Assembly (NCBI RefSeq): GCF_023055435.1
Contig: NW_025963890.1
Coordinates: 43,462,001 to 43,526,000, forward strand
DNA length: 64,000 bases
Reading direction: 5' to 3'
Source of the DNA: Haliotis rufescens
Lineage: Eukaryota
How positions within the stretch are numbered: position 1 is the first letter of the stretch; the number at the start of each line of letters is the position of its first letter. Positions 35,382 through 48,577 of the stretch are shown one piece after another. A program made the translations under genes and the position numbers. Under the pieces are notes generated by a model. The model was given only the letters and a program-made list of their open reading frames with translations. It was not told the DNA's origin and did not search any database.

Positions 35382-38300
35382 ATGAGTATGATGCTCCTGA
35401 CAGACTTCGTACGTGGAATTGTTACGCCTGTAACGCTGATCGTTCTGGTATCCATAGTAACAGGTTTGTTTTCTGACTTATTTTTAGAGAAATCCCAATG
35501 TATCAACTGTATGCTGAGGATGTGCCTTGTTACAAAAAATCCCTTTACATAATACCTGTCCTACCATCTTAATGCATCTCAATAATCCTCATATACTCTC
35601 TCATGGACAGATTAGAAACTATCTGAAAGCTTATGAAGGTTAGATTGCTCACGTAGATATGAAGCCGGTTTGTTAACAACTTCCATTGACGTGTAGCGAT
35701 CATAAAAGTAAATAGTAGTATTTATCCAAGGAACATTTCAATATACTGGCAAATTTACAATATCATAATACATTTTCCTAAATGCCACTCTCCAAAATAT
35801 GGTTACGCTTCATTACGTCCAAATGTACCTGTCAGTAAACTATAACGCTTATAACGAACTGACGGATGTAACCAACATTTTTATTGTCCCGTCCATTTGC
35901 TCCAATATGCTGTATATATGCTTATAACGAACTACGGTTATATAGAAAAAATATCAGTGGCCACGTAGTTTCTTGTATATGACACATAAGCACATCAATA
36001 TATCTTAAGCTTTCTCAAGGTGTTCAGTACATGTACATGTGTATTGTGTGGATAGCCTCGATAGATAGCATCATGTATTACATAGTGGACAACTGAGAAG
36101 AAAGAGGAATGACGATTGTTTTCCACCAAGGGGTAATGCTACTCTATACAAAATAAAATAAAATACTACTCACGATACTTACAAATAAGACATGTTCATT
36201 TCGTCTAATGTGAACTAAACCATACATTATCTTTGGCTTGACACCATAGACAGTCTCTGTAACTTTTTCAGAAAATGTGAAAACTGAACCATCATAATAT
36301 TTAGTGTGTTAATTGAAAACAGTACTTTACATTATTTCGTTCTCAATCGACAGCTTCCTCTACCAGCACACTATGTTCCACCTGTGATAGTTACAACGTG
36401 ATCTGTGTTGACGGTGTGTGTCTACCTCGCTGTGTCAATGTGACGTCATCTGGAAAGTGTCTCCAGTGTCGGGACTCCAGGTTCTATGGTAAACAGTGTG
36501 AACATGACTGTCCAGACACCTGTCTCAACTCTCGCTGTCAGATGAACAACAGCCTGGTTGTGTGTGCAGAGGGATGTGTGGCCGGCAAGAAGGGAGATAA
36601 CTGTGGTGTGAACTGTCCTACAGCCTGTACACAGTGTGAACGTTATGGTGATGGTTGTACAGGGCCATGTCAGAAACCCCGGTATTACGGTCCACACTGT
36701 AGAACACCTTGTTCCTCCAGCTGTGCAGATGGATGTAATAGGATCACGGGGGAGTGTGTCAGCTGTGAGCCAGGTTACACAGGGGACAAGTGCGATGTTA
36801 CCTGCCCCCCCAACTGTGGAGATGGATGTGATAAAGACACGGGGGAGTGTGACAGCTGTGAGCCAGGTTACATGGGGGACAAGTGCGATGTTACCTGTCC
36901 CCCCAACTGTGGAGATGGATGTGATAAAGACACGGGGGAGTGTGGCAGCTGTGAGCCAGGTTACACAGGGGACAAGTGCGATGTTACCTGTCCCCCCAAC
37001 TGTGGAGATGGATGTGATAAAGACACGGGGGAGTGTATAAAGTTAGGTGAGCATTGTTATCATCATTAAAAGAAAAATGGAGAATTTATAGAAACAGTAT
37101 GTTAAATCATGATGGTACACAGTGTGACAAACAACAGACGAAAACGTCACTTCGATAACATCATTCTCCAAATATATCGGACGCTGCTCCGTGGGGTAGT
37201 TACAATGTAGTTGGCCTATAGATGTTCCATGTGTGTACAATGTGTGAAACATATTCTTAATGTCAACCGCCGTGATATACCCGGAATATTTCTAGAAACG
37301 GCCGGTGTTTATCAGTAATGTATGGTGCACTGCTTTGACGAATAAAAGATGATTGATCGCCCAATGGAGCTGATTGGTGTAGATGTCTCAGACATGTCGG
37401 GTTGATATTTGACTTAAAAGGTTGGTTCTTTTGTTGTTTACCGCCACACTCAGCAATGCCTGGTGAGGTGAGGTGAGGTGAGGTGAAATGGGGTTTAGCA
37501 TTTAGCGTTGCACTTATATGTATACTGAACCAAATTAAAAACTTCACAATCCTAAAATTTTAACATTTTGACCAGTTATCATTGTGGGCCCTTATTGTGT
37601 ATTTAAACAGTAATGGCCACGTATTGTCTTCAGATAAATCGATCAGGTGCAGGTGCAGGTGAATCGATCAAAATCATGTGCACAGCACTATAGTGGCGAA
37701 AGTGGTTTTTCACGTGCAACTGGTCACGTGGCCATAATACCGCACGTGTTTTCAGCCATACTTGTTAGCAGTCATTAACAAAAAAAGAAAAACACAAGAA
37801 AACAAAAGACTTTACGGCCATTTATCATGCCACGCCTTTCAAATGTGCAACGTGAACGTGCCATCGGCATGTTTCAGACGGGAACGTCCGTAGCTGAAGT
37901 CGCAAGGACGATGGGTTGTAGTCGACGGACTGTTTATGATTTACAGACGCGTCTACAGCAAACGGGTACAACCGCTGATCGCCCTCGGCCAGGTCGACCA
38001 CGTGTGACGTCACATGCAGAGGATCGTCAGATTGTCTTACTTCACCTCCAGAACCGATTTTTGACGGCTACATCAACCAGAAATAAACTGTTTAGGGGTA
38101 GACTGAGTGCGCAAACTGTTCGAAACCGTCTGAGATCTGCTCACCCTCAAGCACGACGGCCATACTGCGGGCCGATTCTGACTCAATTCCACAGACGTCA
38201 ACGTCAATTGTGGGCACAGCGACACTTACGATGGACTCAGAAGAATTGGAATCAAGTCGTCTTCAGTGATGAATCCCGATTGAATCTTCGATTTGCTGAT

Positions 38301-39057
38301 GGTAGGGCGAGGGTGTGGAGGCGCCGTCATGAACGTTACGCCCAGTGTTGTGTACAGGAAGTTGACAGATTTCGAGGCGGAAGTGTCATGGTGTTGGGTG
38401 CTTTCTGTGACAATGCACGTTCCAGGCTTCTTGTCATCCGTGGCAACCTCAACGCTGCTGCTTACTGCGACCAGGTACTGGCACCATAACTTCTGCCTTT
38501 TATGGCAACACATGGACCCGGTTTGATTTTCCAACACGACAATGCCAGACCCCACACACCAATTTTGACAAGGAATTTCCTTCAGAATGCGGCCGTCAAG
38601 GTCTCCCGACCTCAATCCCATCGAACACGTCTGGGATGCTCTTGACAGAAGTCTGCGCACTCTCCAGAACCAACCACAGAATTTGCAAGATCTTGGCACC
38701 ATTTTGCAGCAACAATGGCGTCGTCTTCCCAATCATGTGTTCACAAGCATCACAAGGTCCATGCGGAGGCGTTGTGTGGCAGTTGTCAACGCACATGGTG
38801 GCCATACACGCTACTGAACTTGTGTGCCATCAGATTCTCGTGCTTGGGACTTATGATTTAAACTGTTGATGTTATTACCGAATACCGTAGGTGCTTGGAA
38901 CAAATTATGGTTACCACCGTTAATAAAAATACATCTTTGGACATTAATGATTAAAAGTTACCTTCTCTGATACATTTGTCCGTTGTATATCATATATGGG
39001 ATTACTTTTAAAAATGTGAAGTTTTTAATTTGACTCAGTATATAATGCGATGTGCAT

Positions 39058-39088
<31 letters not shown>

Positions 39089-40778
39089 AGCTATGTTAGT
39101 GAGCTCGACCACCCGTTTTCGCTAATCGCCTCCAACGACAAACATATGTTGCTCAAGACCAATTCTAACCCGGATCTGCATCGGTCATTGTGTGAGGCAG
39201 CCAAGGGAGATCGTTCTGATTTTAATGTTGTTCAGCAGGTTGTATTTTAGAACGAAAGGTGAAATACACAATATATATAAGTCAAAGTCAAGGGGTATTC
39301 CATAGTGGAATCAAAAGCAACTATTTGGGAGGCATTAGATATTGTAGAGACAGTCTTAAGATTTTAGTTCTTGTTTTCTCAAACCAGCCGTATGCACTGC
39401 AGGTAGTAGGCACTATTGTAGACTCGGTCCTCTGCTTCCTGTCGTGCTATCTCCGTCACAATATGTTACGTCTCGTGTTGTTCAAAAGCAATATGCAGGA
39501 GCTATGGTGCGCTTGTGGTTGTGTTTTTGTAATGGACCAGGAAGAATTTACAGTTTTGACCATGAGTCAACTTAAGGGTCCATTTCAATATAACAGAGAA
39601 CTTGGTTAAGGATCTTGCTGTACAGAATGTGAAAATGATTTGATATTGTATCCAGGATCATTGAAGTAGATTGATTCAGTATAAGTCATAACACGTTTGG
39701 CAATACAACATTTGCCATTGTCTGGAAGTAGTAGTAGTTGCTATAGACGGAGAGATTGACATTAATCAGAGTATGAATACCGCTCCGGTTTAACTTGTTT
39801 TTAGAGCATTGGTCACCTGTATTATGATAAAAACTGCCCTTTTCTATCTATATGTTATCTACAGGAGAACCAACTTTCGAAATTACCACTGGAATCCTGG
39901 CGATGGTTATCTTTCTAGGAATTGTGATATTCATCCTGCGAAGGTTTCCGATATGTGTGGAAAGGTGAGAAGATCATTTCACCCACAATGCCAAATTCAG
40001 GCTATATATAACTTTTTGTACCATGGATTTCAAAACATAAACGTATTGTATCAATGTATCACTGTTGTCTTTAAAAGGATAATCTTCATTCATATGAACG
40101 GATCTGTCAACATTTTAAGACACTTTATTACAGGTATGATAAGTTTATTATCAAAGTCATATCTGGTGGTCCAAAATGGCTCATATGCTTCCTCATCTTG
40201 TCGTCAACATCTGCCTACATTGTGAAATTGCTGTTTGCAGACATGGTTCCTCAACGTCGCCTCCTCCAGAAACTAGTACACAGCCAGGATCTGCTGGCAA
40301 CTCTGGGAATAAACACGACAGTAATGACTGGACAACTAAGTACTGGGAAATACATGACAGAGATGTAAATTCCACATCCTCCTGCTCAAAGACGACTCAC
40401 AACGAAGTAATACAACTACGAAGAAAGAATTATGAAATTAGGAAACCATTAACAATTGATGAACAGCCGAACGTTCTTGGACGCTCAAGGACAACCAAGA
40501 GACCCCTTTCAGAGCCAACAGCTAGCACAACGTCATCGTTGTCGTTGTTGGGTGCAACATCACATGTCAAAGGTGACGGTTTGAGGTCAAAGTCAGTCCA
40601 TGATGAATGTGATATCACTATATCGCCAGAAGTCCAGGAATTGATAAGGAAAACTGATTCGATCATATTCATTGAGCAAAACTGCGACTTATCAAAAGTG
40701 AGTGCCACTTATTTAAGTCCAAAAGCTGACACGTGTTATGAACTGCATCATACAAATGAGTTAGGGAATACTGACTGA
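35382..40778 (+). CDS. Receptor gene 4: EGF-repeat type-I membrane protein, ~470 aa (close paralog of gene 3)
   Basis: Exons: 35382-35463 (MSMMLLTDFVRGIVTPVTLIVLVSIVT), 36354-37046, 39865-39964 (TM ITTGILAMVIFLGIVIFIL), 40241-40778 (WTTKYWEIHDRDV ... LIRKTDSIIFIEQNCDLSKVSATYLSP). 1413 nt in frame. Confidence 0.9.
37523..39040 (+). mobile_element. Tc1-family DNA transposon in gene 4 intron 2
   Basis: 26-bp TIRs tactgaaccaaattaaaaacttcaca / tgtgaagtttttaatttgactcagta (2 mismatches) and TA TSD. Confidence 0.93.
37827..38817 (+). pseudogene. Tc1-like DDE transposase pseudogene
   Basis: Paired-like HTH N-terminus, GRPR, VVFSDES, FQHDNARPH and SPDLNPIEHVW. Premature TAA at 38487-38489 and a frameshifting deletion near 38585. 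Confidence 0.92.
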
Positions 40779-40837
40779 TGCCACAGTTAGCAATAAGTCA
40801 TGATCATCTATATCACGATGTCTTTGAAATAAACGAG

Positions 40838-40903
40838 GTGAGGTGAAATTGGGTTAAACGTCTCGTCCAAGATTATTGCATTTATATAGCGACGTCCATG
40901 CAC

Positions 40904-40951
<48 letters not shown>

Positions 40952-41163
40952 CTGCTTGTACTAGTCCGGACTGATGCCGATTTATAATGCTAGCTCACTG
41001 AGATAAATGAATACCCAACTCAGACACAGTATAATGCCGAGCGCCAGACAGGGTAACAACAAGTACCATCTTTTAACGTCTTTTGGTATGACGCGGCCGG
41101 AGATCGAACCCCGGACCTTCTGCTCTCCGGGCGGACGTTTACCACAAGACCACGGAAGCGGTC
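40838..41163 (-). mobile_element. SINE family D in the gene 4 3' UTR
   Basis: 14-bp TSD ttgaaataaacgag. The paralogous site in gene 3 (~27765-27792) is empty. Confidence 0.92.
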
Positions 41164-42481
41164 TTGAAATAAACGAGCATCGACTACGCAAACCAGTGAC
41201 AAAAGGCAGCCGGTAATATGTCATCTGTATCTTGATGGCTTTGAAATTAACGAATATGGACTAGGAAAACCAGAGACTTAAAGCATAAGCAACTATCAAC
41301 GCCACCGGGTACGATCACTCGCAATCAACCGAATTTAAAAGAGTCTCACGACACCTATTATGTCACCTCTTATGACAAGCATTGGGTGCTGGGGATATAT
41401 TCCTTCCCGAAATCCCAAAGTGGTGCATACCATAAAAAATGCACACACGCTTTCAACTTCTCTTTATATAAATGTATCTCTTATATTGCTTTATCAATCA
41501 TTTAGTCGTTCCCAGTTTATACCTTCAGGTAAAACAGAGATATAAAAAAATACATGAAATATTCTGAAATATCTTGATAACGCTATGGTTCACGACCCCG
41601 TTTATATTAATAATCACTTGCATCCATTGCAATATATTTGGGTGTTACCAAAATTTATTTCGGGGTTAAAGTTTTTGGAAGCAACTACTCATCATGTATT
41701 TACGTATATCTGTTTTACTTGATTGTCTGAAGTGATCATGGGATAAACAATTACACTAATGCAGTGTACTGAGCCATGTATATTATTTTCGTCTTCTTAT
41801 TTGTTTTTGCATCTCATGAGTTTGCTATGTACAAATGTATAAAATTCCCTTTGTATTATTTCTTTCTACCAGTGTAGTGACTAATCAGAATAAACATCTA
41901 TCTATTCTTTGTGAAAAACGTTTACTATCAATTTTGCAATTGATTAATAACTTATTATATGCGCTTTCGATCGAAATTCAAATTACCTTGGTCCAATCCC
42001 GAGGTAATAGAGAAAACATAGCACAAGCTCACAGATTCAGTGAACATACGGCTATTACATTATAGTATATTTATATTTGAGTTGAGGGCTACAGGCATTA
42101 AATTAAGTCAATCACTAAAACTGGCTCATTCACGTTTCTTCCAACACTGAAGGTAATTTTCTCAGGGCATATTTACACCTAAACACACAAATCCAGATAT
42201 TAACTTTTTGAAAAAAAACCCTTTGAATTTATTAAAATCAGAATGTACATAGTTCGTAATTCACATGACACTGCTGAAGCCATTATCACGGCCTTTGACA
42301 TCGAAATGTTAGTATTAAGGATTGGCCACAGTGTGAGGATTTCCGTTTTGAGTGCCTTGATCCATCAAGGAAATACATATCATCATTGTGTGGGATTATG
42401 CACACATATATAAATCCCGTTAAAAGTATTAGCAAGAACAAAAAGCGTCTTCTAGATGGTGTTACATAGAGGTTATTATAC

Positions 42482-42767
42482 GAGTGAGTGAGTGAGTGAG
42501 TTGGGTTTAACGCCGCTTTTAACAGTATTCCATTCATATCACGGCGTGTCAGCTTAATTGTGGGAGGAAAGCCCGAAGTGATGCAGGTCTCAGACGTTTA
42601 CGACTTCGGTGAAACCCACGAGCACAGGTATGGTGCTGACAAACCTAGAAACATAATCGGGGCGAACCGGGATTCGAACCCACAATCATAGGTTTCTGGC
42701 GTGCCCAAGGGACGCAACTCTGCACTGCGAATAGCGGCGCCTTAGACGACTAGGCCACCCGTGCCCC
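42482..42767 (-). mobile_element. SINE family A, full length
   Basis: TSD ggttattatac. Confidence 0.9.
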
Positions 42768-43576
42768 TGGTTATTATACAAGCATATGTGTCATAGTGAT
42801 ATTATGGTACGAGTGTCATACTAATATTACGAAACGAGTGTATTACCCGAGCGAGAGGGAGAGTCAGGGTAATACATGAATTCTTACACGAAGTTCGTAA
42901 AATAAGTACGATACACATGCGAGTGTGATAATTTCTTTATTACCCATTATTTCGTAATCCTTTTGAGTTCCCCTCAAAGAATAATCTACTGATCACGATC
43001 GTCGTCTTAGAAAGCTAAAATTGTCGAATGACGTCAATTATCTTCAGCTATGACGTCGTTTCTCGTGTGACGCCATTCCGACCTTACGTAACAATACGAT
43101 TCGAATGACGTCAACAATGCCGGCCAGATGATGTAAACAATGCACTGGTGGGCGTGAAGTTATATTTGCACTAGTGCACATACGACTTTTATGAACTCGG
43201 TTATTTCTAACCTTATGGGTAATATACTGGAAAACAGAACTACCACGATCCAAATGTATGTAGGACGTATACGTCGTATCACATTTGACCGCATCATGAA
43301 GCAACTAAACAATAGGTTTGTTTGAACAGTTTCCAGATCAAAGTAGTTGATTGAAACCTATGGATCATGTGGTACATTTTCATTGAGCTAGATAAATGAG
43401 CCTGTGTAAGAAGTTTCGAATATTCTTACAGATAATTTAAAGTGAAACAGTATTCCAGAGCGCCATCGTCCACATCATTCGAACAATGTGCGATGTACAT
43501 GTAGTATTGTTGTTCTCGAGAGGTCAAAGTCAACTTACGGAAGAGAGTTTATGGATGTCAACTTCTTTATTATGAG

Positions 43577-43856
43577 AAGTGAGTGAGTTGGGTTTAACGC
43601 CGCTTTTAAAAGTATTACAGTTATATCACGGCGTGTCAGCTAAATGTGGGAGGAAAGCCCGAAGTGATGCACGTCACATCAGACGTTTACCACTTCGGTG
43701 AAACCCACGAGCACGGGTATGGTGCTGACAAACCTAGAAACATAATCGGGGCGAACCAGGATTCGAACCCACAATCATAGGTTTCTGGCGTGCCAAAGGG
43801 ACGCAACTCTGCACAGCGAATCGCGGCGCCTTAGACGACTGGGCCTCCCGTGCCCC
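43577..43856 (-). mobile_element. SINE family A nested in the Penelope-like arm
   Basis: 12-bp TSD ctttattatgag. Confidence 0.9.
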
Positions 43857-44107
43857 CTTTATTATGAGGAACACAACGTGTCGAAGAATATGCTTACTCC
43901 TTCATCAGGTGAATGAATGCCATGAGGCAGAGAGGATATAAATGTACATGTAAGGAAAACAAAAGTAATAAGATAACAAAGGTGGAAACTAACAGGGGAG
44001 GCCAACAGATAATTTCCGCTGATGGGTGATGAGCAAAAGACACTGGATACATGGTTATGGAAAACTGGACAACTGGACAATATGCTCTCTGCCTCATAGC
44101 CTTCATT

Positions 44108-44147
44108 CACCTGATGAAGGAGTAAGCATATACTCCGAAACGTTGTG
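44108..44147 (+). ncRNA. Minimal type-I hammerhead ribozyme motif
   Basis: CAC-CUGAUGA-A-GGAGUA(AGCAUA)UACUCC-GAAA-CGUU-GUG: core CUGAnGA/GAAA, 6-bp stem II, palindromic AACGUU stem III, 3-bp stem I, GUU cleavage triplet. Confidence 0.75.
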
Positions 44148-44243
44148 TTCCTCATAATAAAGAAGTTGACATCCATATATTCTCTTATTATGTGTATCAC
44201 TTCTAAGTGTCATTCAAAGTCTTGAAAGTCAACTTATTTCCTC

Positions 44244-44535
44244 GGGGCACGGATGGCCCAGTCGTCTAAGGCGCCGCGATTCGCTGTGCAGAGTTGCGTC
44301 CCTTGGGCACGCCAGAAACCTATGATTGTGGGTTCGAATCCCGGTTCGCCCCGATTATGTTTCTAGGTTTGTCAGCACCATACCCGTGCTCGTTGGTTTC
44401 ACCGAAGTGGTAAATGTCTGAGACCTGCATCACTTCGGGCTTTCCTCCCACATTAAGCTGACACGCCGTGATATAACTGGAATACTGTTAAAAGCGGCGT
44501 TAAACCCAACTCACTCACTCACTCACTCATTCACT
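44244..44535 (+). mobile_element. SINE family A, full length
   Basis: A/B boxes, (ACTC)n tail, TSD caactt[a/t]tttcct. Confidence 0.9.
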
Positions 44536-45549
44536 CAACTTTTTTCCTGATATATAGCTAGCTTTTGGTTTACGGTTGAAATAATAATGCTAAAATGCAG
44601 TATCTGAAAATTCAAAGTGCAGTTCTGTTTCAATGAATGACTTGTCAAACACAGACATGTTATTGGCACACGCTCTTCTAAAGTTTGTTTTCCTTCCATA
44701 GTTTAATTTACGAGGAATGTGTATAGAGTTAATGTACCTTGTGTGCTGAACTGAGATAGGATTATTATGATATAATCCAACCAGAGACGAATTGTTGTGC
44801 AGTGTTTATGGGCCGTCTACAATGCCATGCATCAAAATCGTAGCGTCTATATTAACAATGTGGTCTAAAGGTATATGATTATTAAACTGTTGTGTAAAAT
44901 AAATATGATATATGCATCAGGTCAAAGTTTCATAGTGCTGTCGAGTTGTTTCCCGTCGTAAACAGCCAAAGGAAGTATATATTACCGCAGTGCATTAGCG
45001 AGCAATGTATGACGATAAATAACTTTAACTTTATCAATACATATAAATGTTATAACGGGACACACTTCAACGAATATGGAACTTACACATCATTTGATAG
45101 ATACAGTCTTTATTGACTACTACTATAGTCAATATGTATATTGACAGTTATTCAGCATGCATACGATGACATGGATTCTGATTACGTCTCTATTCAGAAA
45201 CGTTTATAAATGTGATAATTTTCTTATGTGAATCGAGGCTATATAACTAGTCAACGGGGTTTATGAAACTGTCACTAAGGTATGAAAAGTCAAACAAGTG
45301 CTTAACTTTACTGTCGCAGTGTGATGTCATATTCACCCAGCTATGTGTCTATGTGATCTCAATATCTGGGTGCTCTGTCACATGTCTGAAGTTGTGTTTA
45401 CATGACTGGGGACCTCGAAACTTCTGTATCATATTCCGTCGTAAACCCGGAATACCAAACACAACATATAACATGTGCCACTAAACCCCAATTGCCATGT
45501 TTGTTCTTGAATGTGTGTAAATCAAATCCTCATACGCGTGTCCTCTAAG

Positions 45550-45817
45550 ACCCGTGAAGATTCCGGGGTAGAATAGGTCTTCAGCAACCCATGTTTGCCG
45601 TAAAAGGCGACTATGCTTGTTGTAAGAGGCTACGAAGGGGATCGGGTGGTCAGGCTCGCGGACTTGGTTGAAACATGTCATCGATCCCAATTGCGTGGAT
45701 CGATGCTCATGATGTCAATCACTGGATTGTCTGGTCCAGACTCGATTATTTTACAGACCGCGGTCATATAGCTGGAATATTGCTGAGTGCGGCGTTAAAC
45801 AACAAACCAACCAACCA
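45550..45817 (+). mobile_element. SINE-like family B, full length
   Basis: 15-bp TSD acgcgtgtcctctaa. Confidence 0.9.
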
Positions 45818-46713
45818 ACGCGTGTCCTCTAAACATTCTTTTAATACTTATTCAGAACAATATTGCCACTTTTGGCTTAGAGATTTCCACATGATGCCGA
45901 AACAATGCGACTTCTAATAACAGCCTTTTACCTAAATGTATACGGTATATTTACCTCTTCTGACTGTATCCGTTAATGTTAAGTTATCCGTTAAGTCATA
46001 AATGGATAGAAAAGTAAATGCCATCTATAATTGAAATCGTACATCTGGCACAGGTATGTCCCATAAAACTAAACACGCATATACACCAAATAGCTAAGTA
46101 ACCCTAACATTAAGTTCATGCTGATGTTTCAGAATAAAACCCGCTTATTTGTATGAATAACTATGTATATGTATATAATGTAGTTTTTCTTGCTTTAGTT
46201 TCTTTTATTATAAACATGTTCGTGAATCAAGTTTTCAAGATGATTTACCGCAATCATTATGTATAAGTTAATCAAGGAAACAAACCTTACTGAACATTAA
46301 CGTGTTCACATTTATGTGCATTCTTGGCAATAAACATGCATTCTTCATAAAATGTAGGCCGATGTCAATGCCATAGAGGTGATGCATATATAACTCATGG
46401 TTTGGCTGCAATGCCATGTTTCCGTCCTCATCAGAATCAAACTGATATTATAACATGCTTTTAAAACCAGGATAAATTTGATGTGTTCAATCACAACAAT
46501 CACAACATTATACATTATACATTATAAGTTTAACAAAATCTCAGCATGTAATACCTACACTAAGACTATTTCACATTGATAAAATGCATATTTTAATAAA
46601 ATTCTTTTATGATACACATGCAGCGAAAACCGAAGCGAGAATAATACCTTCGTTATAAGACGTACTAAATAGAACATGTGTGTTTCAGTTGAGGTGTAAA
46701 CGTTTAACTTCCC

Positions 46714-46880
46714 TATATAAAGGAAACCAGCTTTACACCTCGACCTGTCCCGGCTGACACACTTGCCTTCACTGACAATGTCCAGCGATTCATTCAGATA
46801 GTGTCATAAGCGACCTGTTGTATGAATGACAGTTGCAAAGGACTCACTCTATTACAAGGAAAAACTGGTATTAAATTATG
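46714..46880 (+). promoter_or_regulatory. Candidate TATA box and non-coding first exon of gene 5
   Basis: TATATAAA at 46714-46721 and a consensus donor G|GTAAGT at 46880/46881. The gene 5 ATG exon begins with a splice acceptor, so a UTR exon is needed upstream. Confidence 0.4.
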
Positions 46881-46999
46881 GTAAGTAAACCCCTTTAAAA
46901 CCATTTTCTAATCAAGCTTGCCTTTCTCGTGATGTTAGTGCAATCATCAATGTCTTAGAATGCGTAATAAGGGCGTTTGGCATTTGTTAAAATGATGTA

Positions 47000-47333
47000 C
47001 CGTATTCGACGTAATAAGCGCCCAGGGCGCTCTGAAAATTAGAAATAGGGGGCTCTTATTAAGTATTATTTTGGTGAAAAAAAGAGAGTTGAAATATAAA
47101 TTTTGTGGTTTATGCTGACAGCCTGAAATGTTTAAATACGACAGATATATTTTTTCCAGAATGTAATTGCCCTTAATTAAGGGTGCATATAACACACGAG
47201 TGCGTAATAAATAAGTCTTTTGTACCTTGATCAATCGGAAGGGGTGCTAATTGGGATTGTTCTCTAGTCAATATATTAGCAAATATCGCCGTGGGGGCTT
47301 ATCAGAGAGGGGCGCTGATAACGTCGAATACGG
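47000..47333. mobile_element. Tc1/mariner-type MITE
   Basis: TIRs ccgtattcgacgtaataagcgccc / gggcgctgataacgtcgaatacgg and TA TSD. Confidence 0.85.
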
Positions 47334-47352
47334 TATATTTCTTGATATACAA

Positions 47353-47456
47353 GGGACCCGTTCCACAAAGCGACCATATCACTAAAACGAAGTCCTATAC
47401 TTTAAGATAGGCTTATGATAGTCGTATTGTTAAGATAGCTTCGTGGAACGGGACCC
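47353..47456. mobile_element. Short MITE
   Basis: TIRs gggacccgttccacaaagc / gcttcgtggaacgggaccc. Confidence 0.65.
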
Positions 47457-48577
47457 TGGCCCTCGAATGTCAGAGAGTGAAAGTCTATATTTCTATATTA
47501 GAAGTAATTGCAAATACACCTGGTGTCATCGCTTTTTTCAGTGATCTTACATATAATTTTCATAAATGGCAAATGGAATATGCTTCGGCAGATAATTCCT
47601 ATTCCTATTCGTTTTGAACGTTTTGAATTGTATAAAGAGTATATATGTATCAGAAAGCACTTTCTAATCTTGTCTTAAACATGCATCAATTGAGTGAAAC
47701 AATATTTACCACTAACATATCAGGAAGTGCTATTATTTCAATTGAGAAAAGCGGGGAGTTATATCTTGAAATAAATCACAAGGAAGATGCAGCACTGTTT
47801 TGTGGACAATACGTCACAGTCTGGAGAGTTATAAACATACTGTTTACTGTTTATTGTTCTTAACGTTAACTCAATGAATTTTAAATACTCAGTGCACAAA
47901 CAAGTAATTTTATCTGGTGAACCTTAAAGCGAAATACATAGTTTGTTTTCTAATACAGGATATTTACCATCACAAAACACACTTCTTCTTTGTCGTTTTG
48001 TTTTTATATCGTCGACAAAAGTATTCGCATCTTTCACACACGGTACCTAAGCAGTACAGATGTTTCTTGAATGTGCACATTGATATAGTAGCTTACAAGG
48101 TAAGTGATACATCAGTTTCAACTTAAATTTGTTGTTGTAATATAGGGCAAATCAGAATTCTCATAATATGTTCAGATCTCCGATGGTCAATTCAATCGAT
48201 CAAAGATTGACAAAGGCGATGCCATGTTTGTTTGTGAACATTAAATGTAGTACCCACATGAATTCTTTTGCATTTTGTTTGCTTTTTGCAGTTGGCCTTT
48301 ACCAACCCATTTATGCCTAATCCTTAAAAAAGGATTTTTTCATGTGCATCAAGGCTTTATCAAAAACTGCTAGAACAATCTAGCCCTTTAAAACCGCCTT
48401 GTCTGTGATAATCTGATCTCTGCTTTCTGGATATATTATGTTAAAATGAATACTATTAGGCGTATGTAGTGGCATCGATTGCTGATGACAGCATATTTTA
48501 AGTGCTTGGCATTATTTAAAAAGTAATGTTTCAATCTTACATCATGATTATTCCTTTCATTGAAGGGAAATTCAGTG

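Larger units (their letters stand above)
43543..44225. mobile_element. Non-autonomous Penelope-like/retrozyme-type element with two inverted pLTR arms
   Basis: The left arm (43543-43576 plus 43857-43940, minus) is the reverse complement of the right arm (~44080-44186). Both carry a hammerhead motif. Confidence 0.7.

Noticed and set aside
46414-46440. Minus-strand CTGATGAGGACGGAAAC hammerhead-like core
   Set aside because: No stem II can form and stems I/III are unsupported.
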